Below are positions 27,455 to 37,727 of a stretch of 53,134 bases of DNA, in pieces. Made by a program: the position numbers and the translations under genes. The notes under the pieces are model-generated. The model had not been told where the DNA came from. It searched no databases and saw nothing but the letters and a program-made list of their open reading frames with translations. The first letter of the stretch is position 1. Each line of letters starts with the position of its first letter. This DNA is from Terriglobia bacterium (lineage in GTDB: Bacteria > Acidobacteriota > Terriglobia > UBA7540). The DNA lies in assembly GCA_050745065.1 (NCBI GenBank), contig JBOGJT010000038.1, forward strand, positions 1-53,134, read 5' to 3'.

Positions 27455-29289
27455 TGGGCGGCGACGGCGCGATTAATCCGCCCGTTCAGCCTGAAACCGG
27501 CGGCCCGGCCCCTCGACGTCGGCGCTACCGGCTGGGCGCCGATTCCGTTCGCAGCGGGCTGGATCTCGTGGTGCGCGGCCTCACCCTGCGCGAAGGCAAT
27601 CTCTTCCTGCTCCTTTCGATCGTGATCGGGCTGGCTTCGGGGCTTCTCGTCGTCTGCTTCAGGATCGCCATCGACTGGACCCATCTCTGGTTGTTTGGCT
27701 CATCTCTGAGGGTGTCCCCATGGCGTCTGCTGAGCGTCCCCACGGTGGCGGGGCTCGTCATCGCCGCCTGCGTCATGCTCTTTTTCCGAAGCGTTCGTGG
27801 CAGCGGCGTGAACCAGACGAAGGCCGCGGTCTACATCTATGACGGCTACATTCCCTTCCGCACGGTCATTGGAAAGTTCCTGCTTTGCGCGCTCGCTATT
27901 GGCAGCGGGCAATCGCTTGGGCCGGAGGATCCCTCGCTCCAGATCGGGGCCGGCATTGCTTCTTCGCTCGGACGGCACCTGCATCTCTCGCGCGAGAAGA
28001 TTCGCTTGATGGCGCCGGTAGGCGCAGCGGCGGGTCTCGCGGCTGCTTTCAACGCTCCTATTTCCGCCATTATTTTTGTGATTGAAGAGGTCATCGGGCT
28101 GCGCAGCGCGGGCGTGATCGGGGGTATCATCCTGGCCGCCGTTTCAAGCGTGGCGGTGCTGCGAGCGTTCCTCGGCTCAGAGCCACTCTTCCGGATTCCG
28201 GCCTTTCACTTGGCGAACTCGACCGAGTTCCTGGCTTACGCAGTGCTCGGCGTGGTGGGGGGATTTTCATCTCTGATCTTTGTGAAGCTGATCAGTTATC
28301 TTCGCCCGCGCTTGAAAGCGCTGCCGCGCTGGACCAATTATCTGCAGCCGGGACTCGCCGGCCTGGCGGTGGGAATCATCGGCTTGCGTTTCCCGCAGGT
28401 GATGGGCGCGGGTTACTACTACATCGATCAGGCGATGCACGGACAGTATATCTGGCAGATTCTTGCCCTCCTCGCCGTCTTCAAAATCCTTGCCACCACC
28501 GCTTCATTCGTCAGCGGAACGCCCGGCGGCATGTTTGCGCCTACGCTATTTGTGGGCGCCATGATCGGCGGCGCGGTGGGCGGCGTGGAGCACCACTTTT
28601 TCCCCGCGCTGACAGGCCCTGTGGGTGCTTACGCGCTGGTAGGTATGGGAACGCTCTTTGCGGGCTTCATCCGTGTCCCACTGACTTCCGTCTTCATGGT
28701 GCTCGAAATCAGCGGCAACTACTCCATCATCCTGCCCGTGCTCGTGGCCAACACGATCGCTTACCTGATTTCGCGCAAATACCAGCCCGTCGCGCTTTTT
28801 GACATGCTCAGCCGCCAGGATGGGGTGGACCTGCCCTCCATGGAAGAGCAGCGCGAGGAGACGTCCCTTCGCGTCGAAGACGCCATGCGGGTTGTGACGG
28901 GCCCGATTCTCAGCGAAACGGACACGGTCGTCCAGGCGCTCGCCAAAATTGGCGATCAGGCGAAGCCGGAATTCCTGGTGGTTCGACCGGGCGGAGCCGC
29001 GCCGTCCGACCACGGATGGAGCGCGGTGAGCAGGGAAACGCTGCACCTGCGGTCGGTCGAGGGAAAAGGCGCGGACACGCTCAGGAACCTGCCCGACACC
29101 GGGCGGCTCCCGTGGGTCCATCCGGACCAGTCTCTCGACGTGGCCATGCGGCTCATGGGCGAGCACCCATTCTTGCCCGTACTCAGCCGTGCCGATGCGT
29201 CGCGCCTTGAAGGCATCATCTCTCTGAGTGATATCTTAAACGCCTACCGCGGATCATTTGTGAACGCCCCGCCGCGCCGCGCCGAGTAA
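27454..29289 (+). CDS. ClC chloride channel/antiporter with CBS domains
   Basis: GSGVN, GPEDP, AAGLAAAFNAP, FVIEEV, GGMFAP, C-terminal CBS pair. GTG start overlaps the upstream TAG. Confidence 0.92.
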   Translation: MGGDGAINPPVQPETGGPAPRRRRYRLGADSVRSGLDLVVRGLTLREGNLFLLLSIVIGLASGLLVVCFRIAIDWTHLWLFGSSLRVSPWRLLSVPTVAGLVIAACVMLFFRSVRGSGVNQTKAAVYIYDGYIPFRTVIGKFLLCALAIGSGQSLGPEDPSLQIGAGIASSLGRHLHLSREKIRLMAPVGAAAGLAAAFNAPISAIIFVIEEVIGLRSAGVIGGIILAAVSSVAVLRAFLGSEPLFRIPAFHLANSTEFLAYAVLGVVGGFSSLIFVKLISYLRPRLKALPRWTNYLQPGLAGLAVGIIGLRFPQVMGAGYYYIDQAMHGQYIWQILALLAVFKILATTASFVSGTPGGMFAPTLFVGAMIGGAVGGVEHHFFPALTGPVGAYALVGMGTLFAGFIRVPLTSVFMVLEISGNYSIILPVLVANTIAYLISRKYQPVALFDMLSRQDGVDLPSMEEQREETSLRVEDAMRVVTGPILSETDTVVQALAKIGDQAKPEFLVVRPGGAAPSDHGWSAVSRETLHLRSVEGKGADTLRNLPDTGRLPWVHPDQSLDVAMRLMGEHPFLPVLSRADASRLEGIISLSDILNAYRGSFVNAPPRRAE

Positions 29290-29320
29290 CTTGGCCGAGC
29301 GGCGCTGCTTGCTCAGCCTT

Positions 29321-29358
29321 GTAGCGGCGGCGACCCTGCCGCCGAACGGAGCCGCTAC
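29321..29358. repeat. GTAG-type REP copy between convergent genes
   Basis: GTAGCGGCGGCGACCCTGCCGCCG followed by a partial inverted GCCGCTAC. Confidence 0.75.
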
Positions 29359-29364
29359 GGGGCG

Positions 29365-30741
29365 TCAGCTCCACAACCGGTCGTCCCAGGACTCCCGCTC
29401 GTTCCAGTCGGTGGTCGGCTCGAAATACCCGGTACCCGGTTTCAGATGCTGCCGCACGACGTCCTCGTTGAGCGTCACCCCCAGCCCGGGCTTGTCGGGA
29501 ACCACGATATAGCCCTTGTTGATGATCGGTTTGTCGATGCCTTCGACCAGGTCTTGCCACCACGGAACGTCCAACGAGTGGTTCTCCATCGCCAGAAAAT
29601 TCCGGCAGGCCGCCGCGCAGTGAACAGAGGCCATGCATCCGACGGGCGTCGCTGCCATGTGCATCGCCATGGGGACCCCGTATTTGAAAGCCATATCACT
29701 GATCCTGTGGGTGCGGAGTATTCCGCCCGACGTTTCAAGATCGGGATGAATCTTGCTTACCGCGTGATTCTCGCAGAGTTTTTCAAAATCCTCCTCGCTA
29801 TAAATATCCTCGCCGGTCAGCGTGGGCGTGGGGCTTTCTTCCGTGATGCGTTTCAGCAAGTCGGTGTAGTACCAGGGGATCACGTCTTCGATCCAGGACA
29901 AATTGTATTTCTCATACGCCCGCCCGAGACGAATGCAGGATTTCACTCCAATGTGGCCCAGATGGTCCATCGAAAGCGGAATCTCCATGCCTACGGCCTC
30001 GCGCACCGCCGCGACGTACTCGCAAAGTTTGTCGATGCCCTTGTCCGTCACTTCGGTCGCGATGAACGGATGCGGCTGGAAATTCTGCTCCCAATGGCTG
30101 AGGCCCGAGGGCTGCGTCACCGTGCCCGGAATGTCTTTGATGAGATCGATTCCGAGGTCCATTTTGAGCCACGTTAGCCCCATTTCCTCCTTGCGCGCTT
30201 TTTCCCTGGCCGCGTAGATTTTCGGATCCTTTGACTCCGTGGTGTCCGCATAAATTCTCACTCTATCGCGCCATTTTCCGCCGAGCATCTGGTAGATGGG
30301 CACGCCGTAAACCTTTCCCGCGATATCCCAGAGCGCCATTTCGATGGAAACCACGCCGCCCGCCTGCCGCGCGTTCCCGCCGAACTGCTGGACCTTCTGA
30401 AAAATAAAATCGATGCTCAGCGGATTCTCTCCCAGGATGCGGCTCTTCAGCATCAGCGCATAATCGGGCCCGGCGCCGTCACGAACTTCACCCAGACCAT
30501 AAACACCCTGGTTCGTGTCAATGCGGATAATGGGGCACGGGCTCGGTCCGGGTTTCACCACGATCGCGTAGCGCAGGTCCGTGATCTTCAGCGCCGACGG
30601 GCTCGAATGGGTGTTCACGTTTTGAAAGACCGGATCCGGCGCGGCCTCTGCCTTGCCGGAGAGGAGACTCCCCCCCAGCATCGCCGCGGACGTTTTCAAA
30701 ACACCGCGCCGGTTCATGATGAATTCGTTCTCTTTGGGCAT
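29365..30741 (-). CDS. Mandelate racemase/muconate lactonizing enzyme (enolase superfamily) with Tat-like signal
   Basis: IEMALWDIAGK..GVPIYQMLGGK, WIED, TGED, PDKPGLGV. N-terminal NRRGVLK. Confidence 0.9.
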   Translation of the reverse strand: MPKENEFIMNRRGVLKTSAAMLGGSLLSGKAEAAPDPVFQNVNTHSSPSALKITDLRYAIVVKPGPSPCPIIRIDTNQGVYGLGEVRDGAGPDYALMLKSRILGENPLSIDFIFQKVQQFGGNARQAGGVVSIEMALWDIAGKVYGVPIYQMLGGKWRDRVRIYADTTESKDPKIYAAREKARKEEMGLTWLKMDLGIDLIKDIPGTVTQPSGLSHWEQNFQPHPFIATEVTDKGIDKLCEYVAAVREAVGMEIPLSMDHLGHIGVKSCIRLGRAYEKYNLSWIEDVIPWYYTDLLKRITEESPTPTLTGEDIYSEEDFEKLCENHAVSKIHPDLETSGGILRTHRISDMAFKYGVPMAMHMAATPVGCMASVHCAAACRNFLAMENHSLDVPWWQDLVEGIDKPIINKGYIVVPDKPGLGVTLNEDVVRQHLKPGTGYFEPTTDWNERESWDDRLWS

Positions 30742-30905
30742 GATCTCATTTCCTCTCTATCGGTGGTGTGAAGCAACCAGACGCGTTTTCGGGCCGGATC
30801 GGGCGCGGTGACCCGGGAGACTCAAAAACAGCAAATCATCCTACCACTCTTCATTGAGACACAAGAGAAGAATAAGGCCGCCTTGGGGCTGTGCCTGGCG
30901 GCCCT

Positions 30906-30990
30906 GTAGCGGCGGCGTTCCCGCCGCCGGTTCGTTCGCGAGGTTCGGCGCCAGGGCCGCCAACGTTAAAGGTGCGGACGTCAGCGCTAC
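30906..30990. repeat. Two inward-facing GTAG-type REP units
   Basis: GTAGCGGCGGCGTTCCCGCCGCCG (30906-30929) and a different GTAGCGCTGACGT...ACGTTGGCG unit on the minus strand ending at 30990. Confidence 0.7.
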
Positions 30991-30995
30991 GGACG

Positions 30996-32156
30996 CTACA
31001 AGGGATACGGCGTTCCCGCGTGTACCACTCGGATATAGTGATCGGTGAATTTAAAGTGCGCCCCCGGGAGCTCGTATTTGGGCATGTGGCAGGTGACACA
31101 ATTCTTCTGGCTCACGGGGCAGGCGGGCGCGGTTTTGCCCGCCGAAAGCTTGACGGATGTGCCGCGATTCCGATGGCAGGCGAGGCATTTTGAATCATAA
31201 TACGCCGCGTCGGTGCGCACTTCATGATGAGGATCGTGGCAGGCCAGGCAACTGATGCGGGCGTCGGTGGCGTCGAAGCACCGGCTGTTCTCCAGGCGAT
31301 AAGGCTGGAAGCGCACGTCCTGGATTCCTTGCAGATTCATCATCTCAACCTGCTGCCAGCTTCGATGACAGGATCCGCAGAAATCCGATAGGTCCTGCGT
31401 GCTCAAGCGGCCGGGATTAAAGATTTTTGGGGATTTGAAGCCGCCTTTTTTGATCGCTTCCACGTGCGCGGCGCCTGGTCCGTGGCAGCCTTCGCAAGTA
31501 ACGCCGGGCATGAGCCGGCGAACTTGTAATTTTCCGTCCCACAAGGCCGCCGTGGAATGGCAGGAGAAGCAATCGCGAGTTTCATCCACGCTGGTGTGCC
31601 GCCCGGCGGCTTCCTCGACGTTGTTGGGCCGGCTTCCGCTATAGCCCAGGGTTAAGTCAAGGCTCTGAGTGTCGTTGAAAAAGCTTGCGCGGCTCTCGTA
31701 ATATGCCCCGTTGTATTGGTACACATAAGTCTGGCCCGCCTGTCCCTGGCCAAACGCGTAAAGGATGGGCGCGGAGAATGTGGACACCCCGTCCGTCACT
31801 GAATAAATACTTTGGCTCCCCTGCGTGACAATGTGGTACGTGTAGCGGCCGATTCGGCGCGTGAGGTCCGGATGCGCGTGAAGAATGCGGCACTCGGCCA
31901 CCGGTTCGAGAGCGTGCGCCATGGCCGTCTGTTCCTGGAAGCGGGCTTCGGGAAGGTGGCACTGCGCACACACTTGATCTCCAGTGTAGCGATCGCCCGC
32001 CGTCGCTTCCGTCGGCTGCCAGTTAACCCTGGGAAAGTTAGCCGTGATCGTCCTCTGGCCCCGAACGCACACCGGAGAGAACAGTAAAAACGCCACTGCG
32101 AGCACGCCGCACGCAAACCGCCGGTTCTCGCTGCGTGACTTTTTGGCGTTCACCAT
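30996..32156 (-). CDS. Multiheme c-type cytochrome (7 CxxCH)
   Basis: CAQCH, CFSCH, CEGCH, CGSCH, CLACH x2, CVTCH. Signal peptide. Confidence 0.92.
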   Translation of the reverse strand: MVNAKKSRSENRRFACGVLAVAFLLFSPVCVRGQRTITANFPRVNWQPTEATAGDRYTGDQVCAQCHLPEARFQEQTAMAHALEPVAECRILHAHPDLTRRIGRYTYHIVTQGSQSIYSVTDGVSTFSAPILYAFGQGQAGQTYVYQYNGAYYESRASFFNDTQSLDLTLGYSGSRPNNVEEAAGRHTSVDETRDCFSCHSTAALWDGKLQVRRLMPGVTCEGCHGPGAAHVEAIKKGGFKSPKIFNPGRLSTQDLSDFCGSCHRSWQQVEMMNLQGIQDVRFQPYRLENSRCFDATDARISCLACHDPHHEVRTDAAYYDSKCLACHRNRGTSVKLSAGKTAPACPVSQKNCVTCHMPKYELPGAHFKFTDHYIRVVHAGTPYPL

Positions 32157-32237
32157 TGCCGGAGACTTTTCAGGCGAATCTGAGATCGCAAGTCGATGGA
32201 ATTCGGGCGGTTCAGGCGCAGTGGAAGAACGCGGCGG

Positions 32238-33860
32238 TCATTCAGATTCGTCAACCACTTCGACGGCGTTGACGCTGGCATAGTTCACCACAGGAACGAA
32301 CCGAAGGAGTAGCTTGCCTTGCGCGTTCGGCCTTAGACCGGTGAAACTTTCTTCCAAGGCCCGGTCTTCTCCTCCCGCCTGTCTAAAAACGTCAAAGTTC
32401 CGCAGGAGCGCGGCGCCGTTACAGTATACGTCAAACATCCGGCTGCCCGCGCCGCCCCCTCCCGGATTGTTGTTGCCGAAATAGGTTTCGGCGAAGCGCA
32501 GAGTCACGCGGTACTTTCCTTCCGCAACGGGAATTGCGTAATTGAAGTTTCCGAACCGCTCCCCGGCGTAGAGGCCCGGGTCCGGCGTGTTGGCGACCGG
32601 AGTCTTCCGCCGCGCCAGCCGCCCCCCTTCAAAATACCGGTCCGCGCTCCAGAAATGGCCCGAGTGATCCGTGAAGCAATCGTCCTGCGCCGCGATGCGG
32701 ACGGGATTCATTCGCCCGCGCTCGGAAGGAACCACTTCAATCGCATTGACGAAGGGGTCTGAAGCTCCACGCACAAACTTGAGATGCAGATATCCGTCCG
32801 GGCCCGGCGTGACGTCTTTGAAAACGCGCACGTCAGCAATACCGGTGCCTCCGGAGTCGCTGAGGACGTCAAAGGTGCTCAGCAGCGGCTTGCCGTTCAG
32901 ATCGACGGAAAAGACGCGGCTCGCCTCGCCGCCACCGGAGAGCGTGTCCGGGCCGTAAGTGGTCTCGGCGAAATACAACCGCAACTCATAGGTTCCGGGT
33001 CGAAGTGGAATGTTGTAAGAGAAATCCCCTTGCCTCATCGTTTTGAATAGCGTGGGATCGAGCGTACGGAAGAAGAAAGCCTGCGGTTGGGAAACAGCGG
33101 CGCCGCCCTCGTAATCGCGATCGCCTTGCCAAACGTTCCCCGCCCGGTCAATGTATTTCGCCTTACTGTAACCGGCGAGGATGCGGACCGACTGGCGGGC
33201 CGCATTCGATTCAGGCTCGGCAGAGGTGGTTGCGCTTAGTGGGGAACCTGGCAACGTTCCTGAGTTGTGAACGGCGAGAATCGCAATTGCAATGGCAAGA
33301 CCCAAGATGGCGAGCAGATAGAATTTGACCAGCACGGGTTGCTTGAGGCCCGAGACCCACCGGCGCAAAGGCGGCGCCGCGATCGTGGGTGCTTCGGCCG
33401 GCGAATCTGGCGGCTGGGCCGAGCGAGCCGGCTGCCGCGGCGCCGTTGCTCTGCTGGAACCCGGCGGTCCGGTGCGGGCAGGCCGGCCTTCTTCGGCCCC
33501 TTCGGACTGTACCGGGCGGTCGCGCCGCAGAAATTGAGGAATGTAACTACCCGGTGGAAGAGATATCATCAGGGCGCTGGTTCTTCCCTCGTCCTGGTAG
33601 TATTTCTTCAACTTCTCGCGCAACCTGTGAACCTCGACCCTGACAATGGAGTTCGTCGCGGGATCAAACTCGGGTGGCCGTCCGAGAGCGTCGATTCCGA
33701 TGTTGTATTCCTTGAGGTCTGCCGCGCTGCCTTCGAAGTACTTTTGACAAATGTACTCCAGCAACTTCGCCAAGTTTGCGCACTTGGCGAATGTCGTCGA
33801 AGAAAGCACGTTCGCGACTGCCGCTTTTTCCAAGGTCGCGGGTTCTGAATCAGGCTGCAT
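32238..33860 (-). CDS. Membrane-spanning protein: winged-helix-like N-domain, TM helix, two malectin domains
   Basis: KEYNIGIDALGR..FDP....IVRVEVHRLREKLKKYY, a TM helix, and two copies of L.FAET......R.F.V..NG..LL..FDV. Confidence 0.85.
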   Translation of the reverse strand: MQPDSEPATLEKAAVANVLSSTTFAKCANLAKLLEYICQKYFEGSAADLKEYNIGIDALGRPPEFDPATNSIVRVEVHRLREKLKKYYQDEGRTSALMISLPPGSYIPQFLRRDRPVQSEGAEEGRPARTGPPGSSRATAPRQPARSAQPPDSPAEAPTIAAPPLRRWVSGLKQPVLVKFYLLAILGLAIAIAILAVHNSGTLPGSPLSATTSAEPESNAARQSVRILAGYSKAKYIDRAGNVWQGDRDYEGGAAVSQPQAFFFRTLDPTLFKTMRQGDFSYNIPLRPGTYELRLYFAETTYGPDTLSGGGEASRVFSVDLNGKPLLSTFDVLSDSGGTGIADVRVFKDVTPGPDGYLHLKFVRGASDPFVNAIEVVPSERGRMNPVRIAAQDDCFTDHSGHFWSADRYFEGGRLARRKTPVANTPDPGLYAGERFGNFNYAIPVAEGKYRVTLRFAETYFGNNNPGGGGAGSRMFDVYCNGAALLRNFDVFRQAGGEDRALEESFTGLRPNAQGKLLLRFVPVVNYASVNAVEVVDESE

Positions 33861-33932
33861 ATAAAGTATCTAATTTGGGAGACAGAAGTATACCACCTAC
33901 GGCGTATAAAGTTACAGCGCGGGCTATGAGGG

Positions 33933-34037
33933 CAGCGACGTTACGTTGTAACGCCGCTGAAAAATAAAGAGTTATTTTAATTTAACCATCTACTAACGGT
34001 TATAACCTTGACACGTATTTTCCATATAAGGTCTAAT
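33933..34037. promoter_or_regulatory. AT-rich divergent promoter region with three palindromes
   Basis: CAGCG-A-CGTTAC/GTAACG-C-CGCTG (33933-33959), AAAATAA-N4-TTATTTT (33961-33978), and GGTTATAACC (33998-34007) abutting TTGACA (34008-34013). Confidence 0.55.
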
Positions 34038-34124
34038 GCCCAACAATTCATTGAATGCTGATCAACGCGCAAATCAGCCGACGATTCGCACACACGTGCC
34101 GCGAGCAGCAAATAGGGAGAAAAA

Positions 34125-37100
34125 ATGAGATCATGGGTCAAGGTGTTGGTAATAGGCATGGTATTGACGGCAGCACCTGGTGCGCGTTTGTCGGCGCAGT
34201 CGCTGTTTGCCACATTAACGGGTGTTGTCAGTGATGCTTCGGGCGCTGTCGTGCCCGCCGCAGCGGTAAAGCTGGTTAACGAACAATCCGGCTCTACCTA
34301 CGTGACGGTTACGGACTCTTCTGGTTACTACACGTTCGCTGACGTGTCCGTGGGCAATTTCACATATAAGCTGACGGTTGGAAAGAAAGGCTTCGCCACT
34401 TACGCGGCGGCGGGATTGAGCCTCCTGGGCGGCCAGAAGCGCAACGTGAACATTACGCTCAAGGTTGGCAACGTCACGCAAACGGTCGAGGTGAGCGGCG
34501 TGGCCTCGAGTATTGTGCCTGTAGACTCCGGCGAAAAATCGGAAACCCTGACCTCGCAGGAGCTGCAAAGCTACGTACAGGTAGGCAGCAACGCGGCTGA
34601 GTACCTCAAGATCATGCCGGCCTTCGCTATCCAGAACGGCACGTCGAACGCCGCGAATTACACCGGCGGGATAATCGGCATCAACGCCAACGGCAACGGC
34701 GGCAGCCAGAGCCCGCTGAATGATGCGTATTCATACGACGGCCTGCCAAGTAATTCGCTGGACATCATGGCGGACGGAGCGCACGTGTCGGACCCAGGAT
34801 GCGACTGCGACACGCCCGTGAATCCGAACTCGGACATGATCTCAGAGCTGAAAGTGGCCACCTCGAATTTCAGCGCCGAGACCCAGAAGGGACCGATTGT
34901 CGTAACCTCGGTGACGAAAGCGGGAGGCAAGCAGTTCCACGGGTCCGGGTTCTTTTATGCGCGCAATTACGCGTTGAACGCCAATGACGCGGAGAATAAT
35001 TCGGATGGCGCGCCAAAGCCGCAGGACAAATATTATTATCCGGGCTTCACCATCGGTGGCCCGGTGATCATTCCGGGTACAAGCTTCAACAAGAATCGCG
35101 AGAAGCTGTTTTTCTTCACCGGCTTCGAGTATTTTGACCAAACCCTGGATACGGGCCTGCTCCGCGCGACCGTTCCTACGCCGGCCCTGGAGAGCGGCGA
35201 TTTCTCCACCGCCAACATGGAGGCCATCGGCGATGCCAATGCGGGCTACATCACCGCCTCCGGCGCGCCGCCGGGTACGAACTGCGTTGCCGGCGCAACA
35301 CCCTACACTCCCTGTCTCAACGCGGCAGCCCTCAAAGAGTTCCCCGGCGGGCAAATCCCGTCCGCAGACCTTAATCCCAACATGCTCGCGCTGATGAGCC
35401 TATATCCCGCCGCCAATGCCAACCCTAATACAACCGGCGGTTACAACTACGTGCAGTCGGAAATATACAGCCAACCCAATCTTCAGTGGGATTCCAGGGT
35501 GGATTACGATATCAGCGACAGCACCAAGCTCTTCGTGCGCTACAACCTGCAACGCGAGACGCAGCGGTTTCCGGTGGGCCTGTGGTGGACGAATGGCTCG
35601 CAGGTTCCCTATCCGACCCCGGTTCTCGGCAAAAACCGCTCCGATTCCATCTCGGCATCGTTGACTCACATTTTCAGCCCGACCATGACCAACGAGTTCG
35701 TCTTCGGCTACACGTTTGTTGGGTTTCCGAACGTCTTCCAGGATCCCTCGACAGTCGATCGGTCGAAGGTGGGCTACAACATCCAAGGCTTGTTCAAGAA
35801 CGGCGTTTCTCAGATCCCTGCGTTCGGAAGTTTCGGGGGTGAAGTGGCGCTGATTTTCAATCCGGGCGGCTTTGAAGCAGGCGGCGCTTCCGAGGGCCTG
35901 TACGCAGACAAATGGATGCCCAGCATCAGCGACACGCTGGCCAAGGTCATCGGGACGCACACGATTAAAGGCGGGTTCTATTGGGAATGGATCCGCAATG
36001 CTCAGCCGGCCAACAATTTCAGCAATGGCGAGCTGCAATTCGTTTCTCAGGGCAACCCCTATACGACCGGCGATTCTTACGCAGACGAGGTGCTGGGCAT
36101 CGCCAGCGCTTATAACGAAACAAATTTTAACCGCCTTAACGATATCGCCTACAACACCTTCGAGGGTTTCGCACAGGACGACTGGAAGATCACCAAGCGG
36201 CTGACCTTCGACTACGGTCTTCGCCTCAGCCACTTTCAGCCGTGGGGTGACCGGCTGGGTGACGGGTACGCAATCTTCGTCCCCTCGCAGTACAGCGCTG
36301 GCTGCGCGGCTGCGCCCACCTACTGCGGGTTCGAATGGCACAAGAAGGACCCCAGTGTTCCGGTCGGCGGCTTCCCGACGCGCGCCCTTTTCTATCAACC
36401 GCGCCTGGGTTTCGCCTACGACCTTTCGGGCAGCGGCAAGACCGTTCTGCGCGGCGGCTGGGGCCGGTACTACTTCCACGCGGGCCAGTTCACCAGCGGG
36501 TTGGACGCTACCGCTGGGGTCGAGTCGGTGGGTCTCGGCAGCACCGTCCCGCTGCCCGGCGGGACCACGCAGCCGCTGCTCGTAAGCCCCTCCGCGTTAT
36601 TTCCAGGGGCTGCGGGATTGAATGCGCTTAATTTCAACGCCGTGGCAGCGGCGCCCGCCGCCGTCGACAGCACAGACAACGAGCAGCCCTACACGGATTC
36701 CTACAATTTTACCGTGTCGCGGCAACTACCGTGGTCCAGTTTGCTCGAGGTGGCGTACGTAGGCAACCGCACGCGCGACATCCCCAGCACGGGCAACGGC
36801 GGCACCTTGGGCCTATCCTCCGGTACGCTGAACCTCAACCTTGTTCCTCAGGGGGCTATGCTGTCGTCGAAAAACGCGGGCGTCGATCCGAATACTCTGG
36901 TGGCTGACCAGTTCCGGCCGTTCCTCGGGTACACGGATTTGTACGTGGCGACCAGCAACGGCTATTCGAACTACAACTCACTGCAAGTTTCTTGGCTGCG
37001 GACGAAGGGCCGGTACAGCATCAACTTGAATTACACCTACGGGAAGGCCATGGGCATCCTGGGCTTTTACGATCAATTCAATCTGGCGCAGAATTACGGC

Positions 37101-37727
37101 GTGCTCGCCGCCAATCGCACCCACGTGTTTAACGCTGCGTACTCGATTCAGCTTGGCAACCACACCCACAGCCGGTTAGAGGGCGGGTTCGTTAACGGCT
37201 GGCAGCTTTCCGGCATCACATCAGTTCAGAGCGGCGCAAATTTATCGGGCATTCAGGGCCAGAACTTCGGGATGAACCTCAACAGCGCCAAGATCCCGGG
37301 GACTACGTTCAACATCAGCAATGTTTCACTTCTTGGCACGCCGGATATTCAGCTTAATCCTATCGAAACCTGCAACCCGGCGCAAAACCTCGGGCCACAC
37401 CAGTACATCAACTCCAGTTGCTTCACCATGCCGACGCAGGTGGGGCAGAACGGCCCGACCGTGATACCGCCCATCTACGGACCGGCGTACTTCGACTCGG
37501 ACCTGGCACTGTTCAAGAACTTCAAGATCACGGAGTCGAAGAGCTTTCAATTCCGCGTCGAAGGGTACAACTTCCTGAACCATCCGCTGTGGTCCTTCCC
37601 CGGCGGGGAAAATCTCGGCTTAAGTTTCGATCCGTCCACCGGAAAGGTGAACAACCCGAACTTCGGGACCGCCGGCGTTAAGCAAGGCAGTCGAACCATT
37701 GAGATGGCGGTGAAGTTCTACTTCTAG
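34125..37727 (+). CDS. Oar-like TonB-dependent outer-membrane receptor
   Basis: Signal peptide, carboxypeptidase-regulatory-like N-domain (LTGVVSDASGAVVP), FAQDDWK, PRLGFAYD, C-terminal aromatic residue (KFYF). Confidence 0.92.
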   Translation: MRSWVKVLVIGMVLTAAPGARLSAQSLFATLTGVVSDASGAVVPAAAVKLVNEQSGSTYVTVTDSSGYYTFADVSVGNFTYKLTVGKKGFATYAAAGLSLLGGQKRNVNITLKVGNVTQTVEVSGVASSIVPVDSGEKSETLTSQELQSYVQVGSNAAEYLKIMPAFAIQNGTSNAANYTGGIIGINANGNGGSQSPLNDAYSYDGLPSNSLDIMADGAHVSDPGCDCDTPVNPNSDMISELKVATSNFSAETQKGPIVVTSVTKAGGKQFHGSGFFYARNYALNANDAENNSDGAPKPQDKYYYPGFTIGGPVIIPGTSFNKNREKLFFFTGFEYFDQTLDTGLLRATVPTPALESGDFSTANMEAIGDANAGYITASGAPPGTNCVAGATPYTPCLNAAALKEFPGGQIPSADLNPNMLALMSLYPAANANPNTTGGYNYVQSEIYSQPNLQWDSRVDYDISDSTKLFVRYNLQRETQRFPVGLWWTNGSQVPYPTPVLGKNRSDSISASLTHIFSPTMTNEFVFGYTFVGFPNVFQDPSTVDRSKVGYNIQGLFKNGVSQIPAFGSFGGEVALIFNPGGFEAGGASEGLYADKWMPSISDTLAKVIGTHTIKGGFYWEWIRNAQPANNFSNGELQFVSQGNPYTTGDSYADEVLGIASAYNETNFNRLNDIAYNTFEGFAQDDWKITKRLTFDYGLRLSHFQPWGDRLGDGYAIFVPSQYSAGCAAAPTYCGFEWHKKDPSVPVGGFPTRALFYQPRLGFAYDLSGSGKTVLRGGWGRYYFHAGQFTSGLDATAGVESVGLGSTVPLPGGTTQPLLVSPSALFPGAAGLNALNFNAVAAAPAAVDSTDNEQPYTDSYNFTVSRQLPWSSLLEVAYVGNRTRDIPSTGNGGTLGLSSGTLNLNLVPQGAMLSSKNAGVDPNTLVADQFRPFLGYTDLYVATSNGYSNYNSLQVSWLRTKGRYSINLNYTYGKAMGILGFYDQFNLAQNYGVLAANRTHVFNAAYSIQLGNHTHSRLEGGFVNGWQLSGITSVQSGANLSGIQGQNFGMNLNSAKIPGTTFNISNVSLLGTPDIQLNPIETCNPAQNLGPHQYINSSCFTMPTQVGQNGPTVIPPIYGPAYFDSDLALFKNFKITESKSFQFRVEGYNFLNHPLWSFPGGENLGLSFDPSTGKVNNPNFGTAGVKQGSRTIEMAVKFYF

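Noticed and set aside
35400..36479. Long antisense ORFs (e.g. 359 aa here, 316 aa at 2992-3942, 291 aa at 11531-12406)
   Set aside because: They are shadow frames of real genes, expected from GC-rich codon usage.
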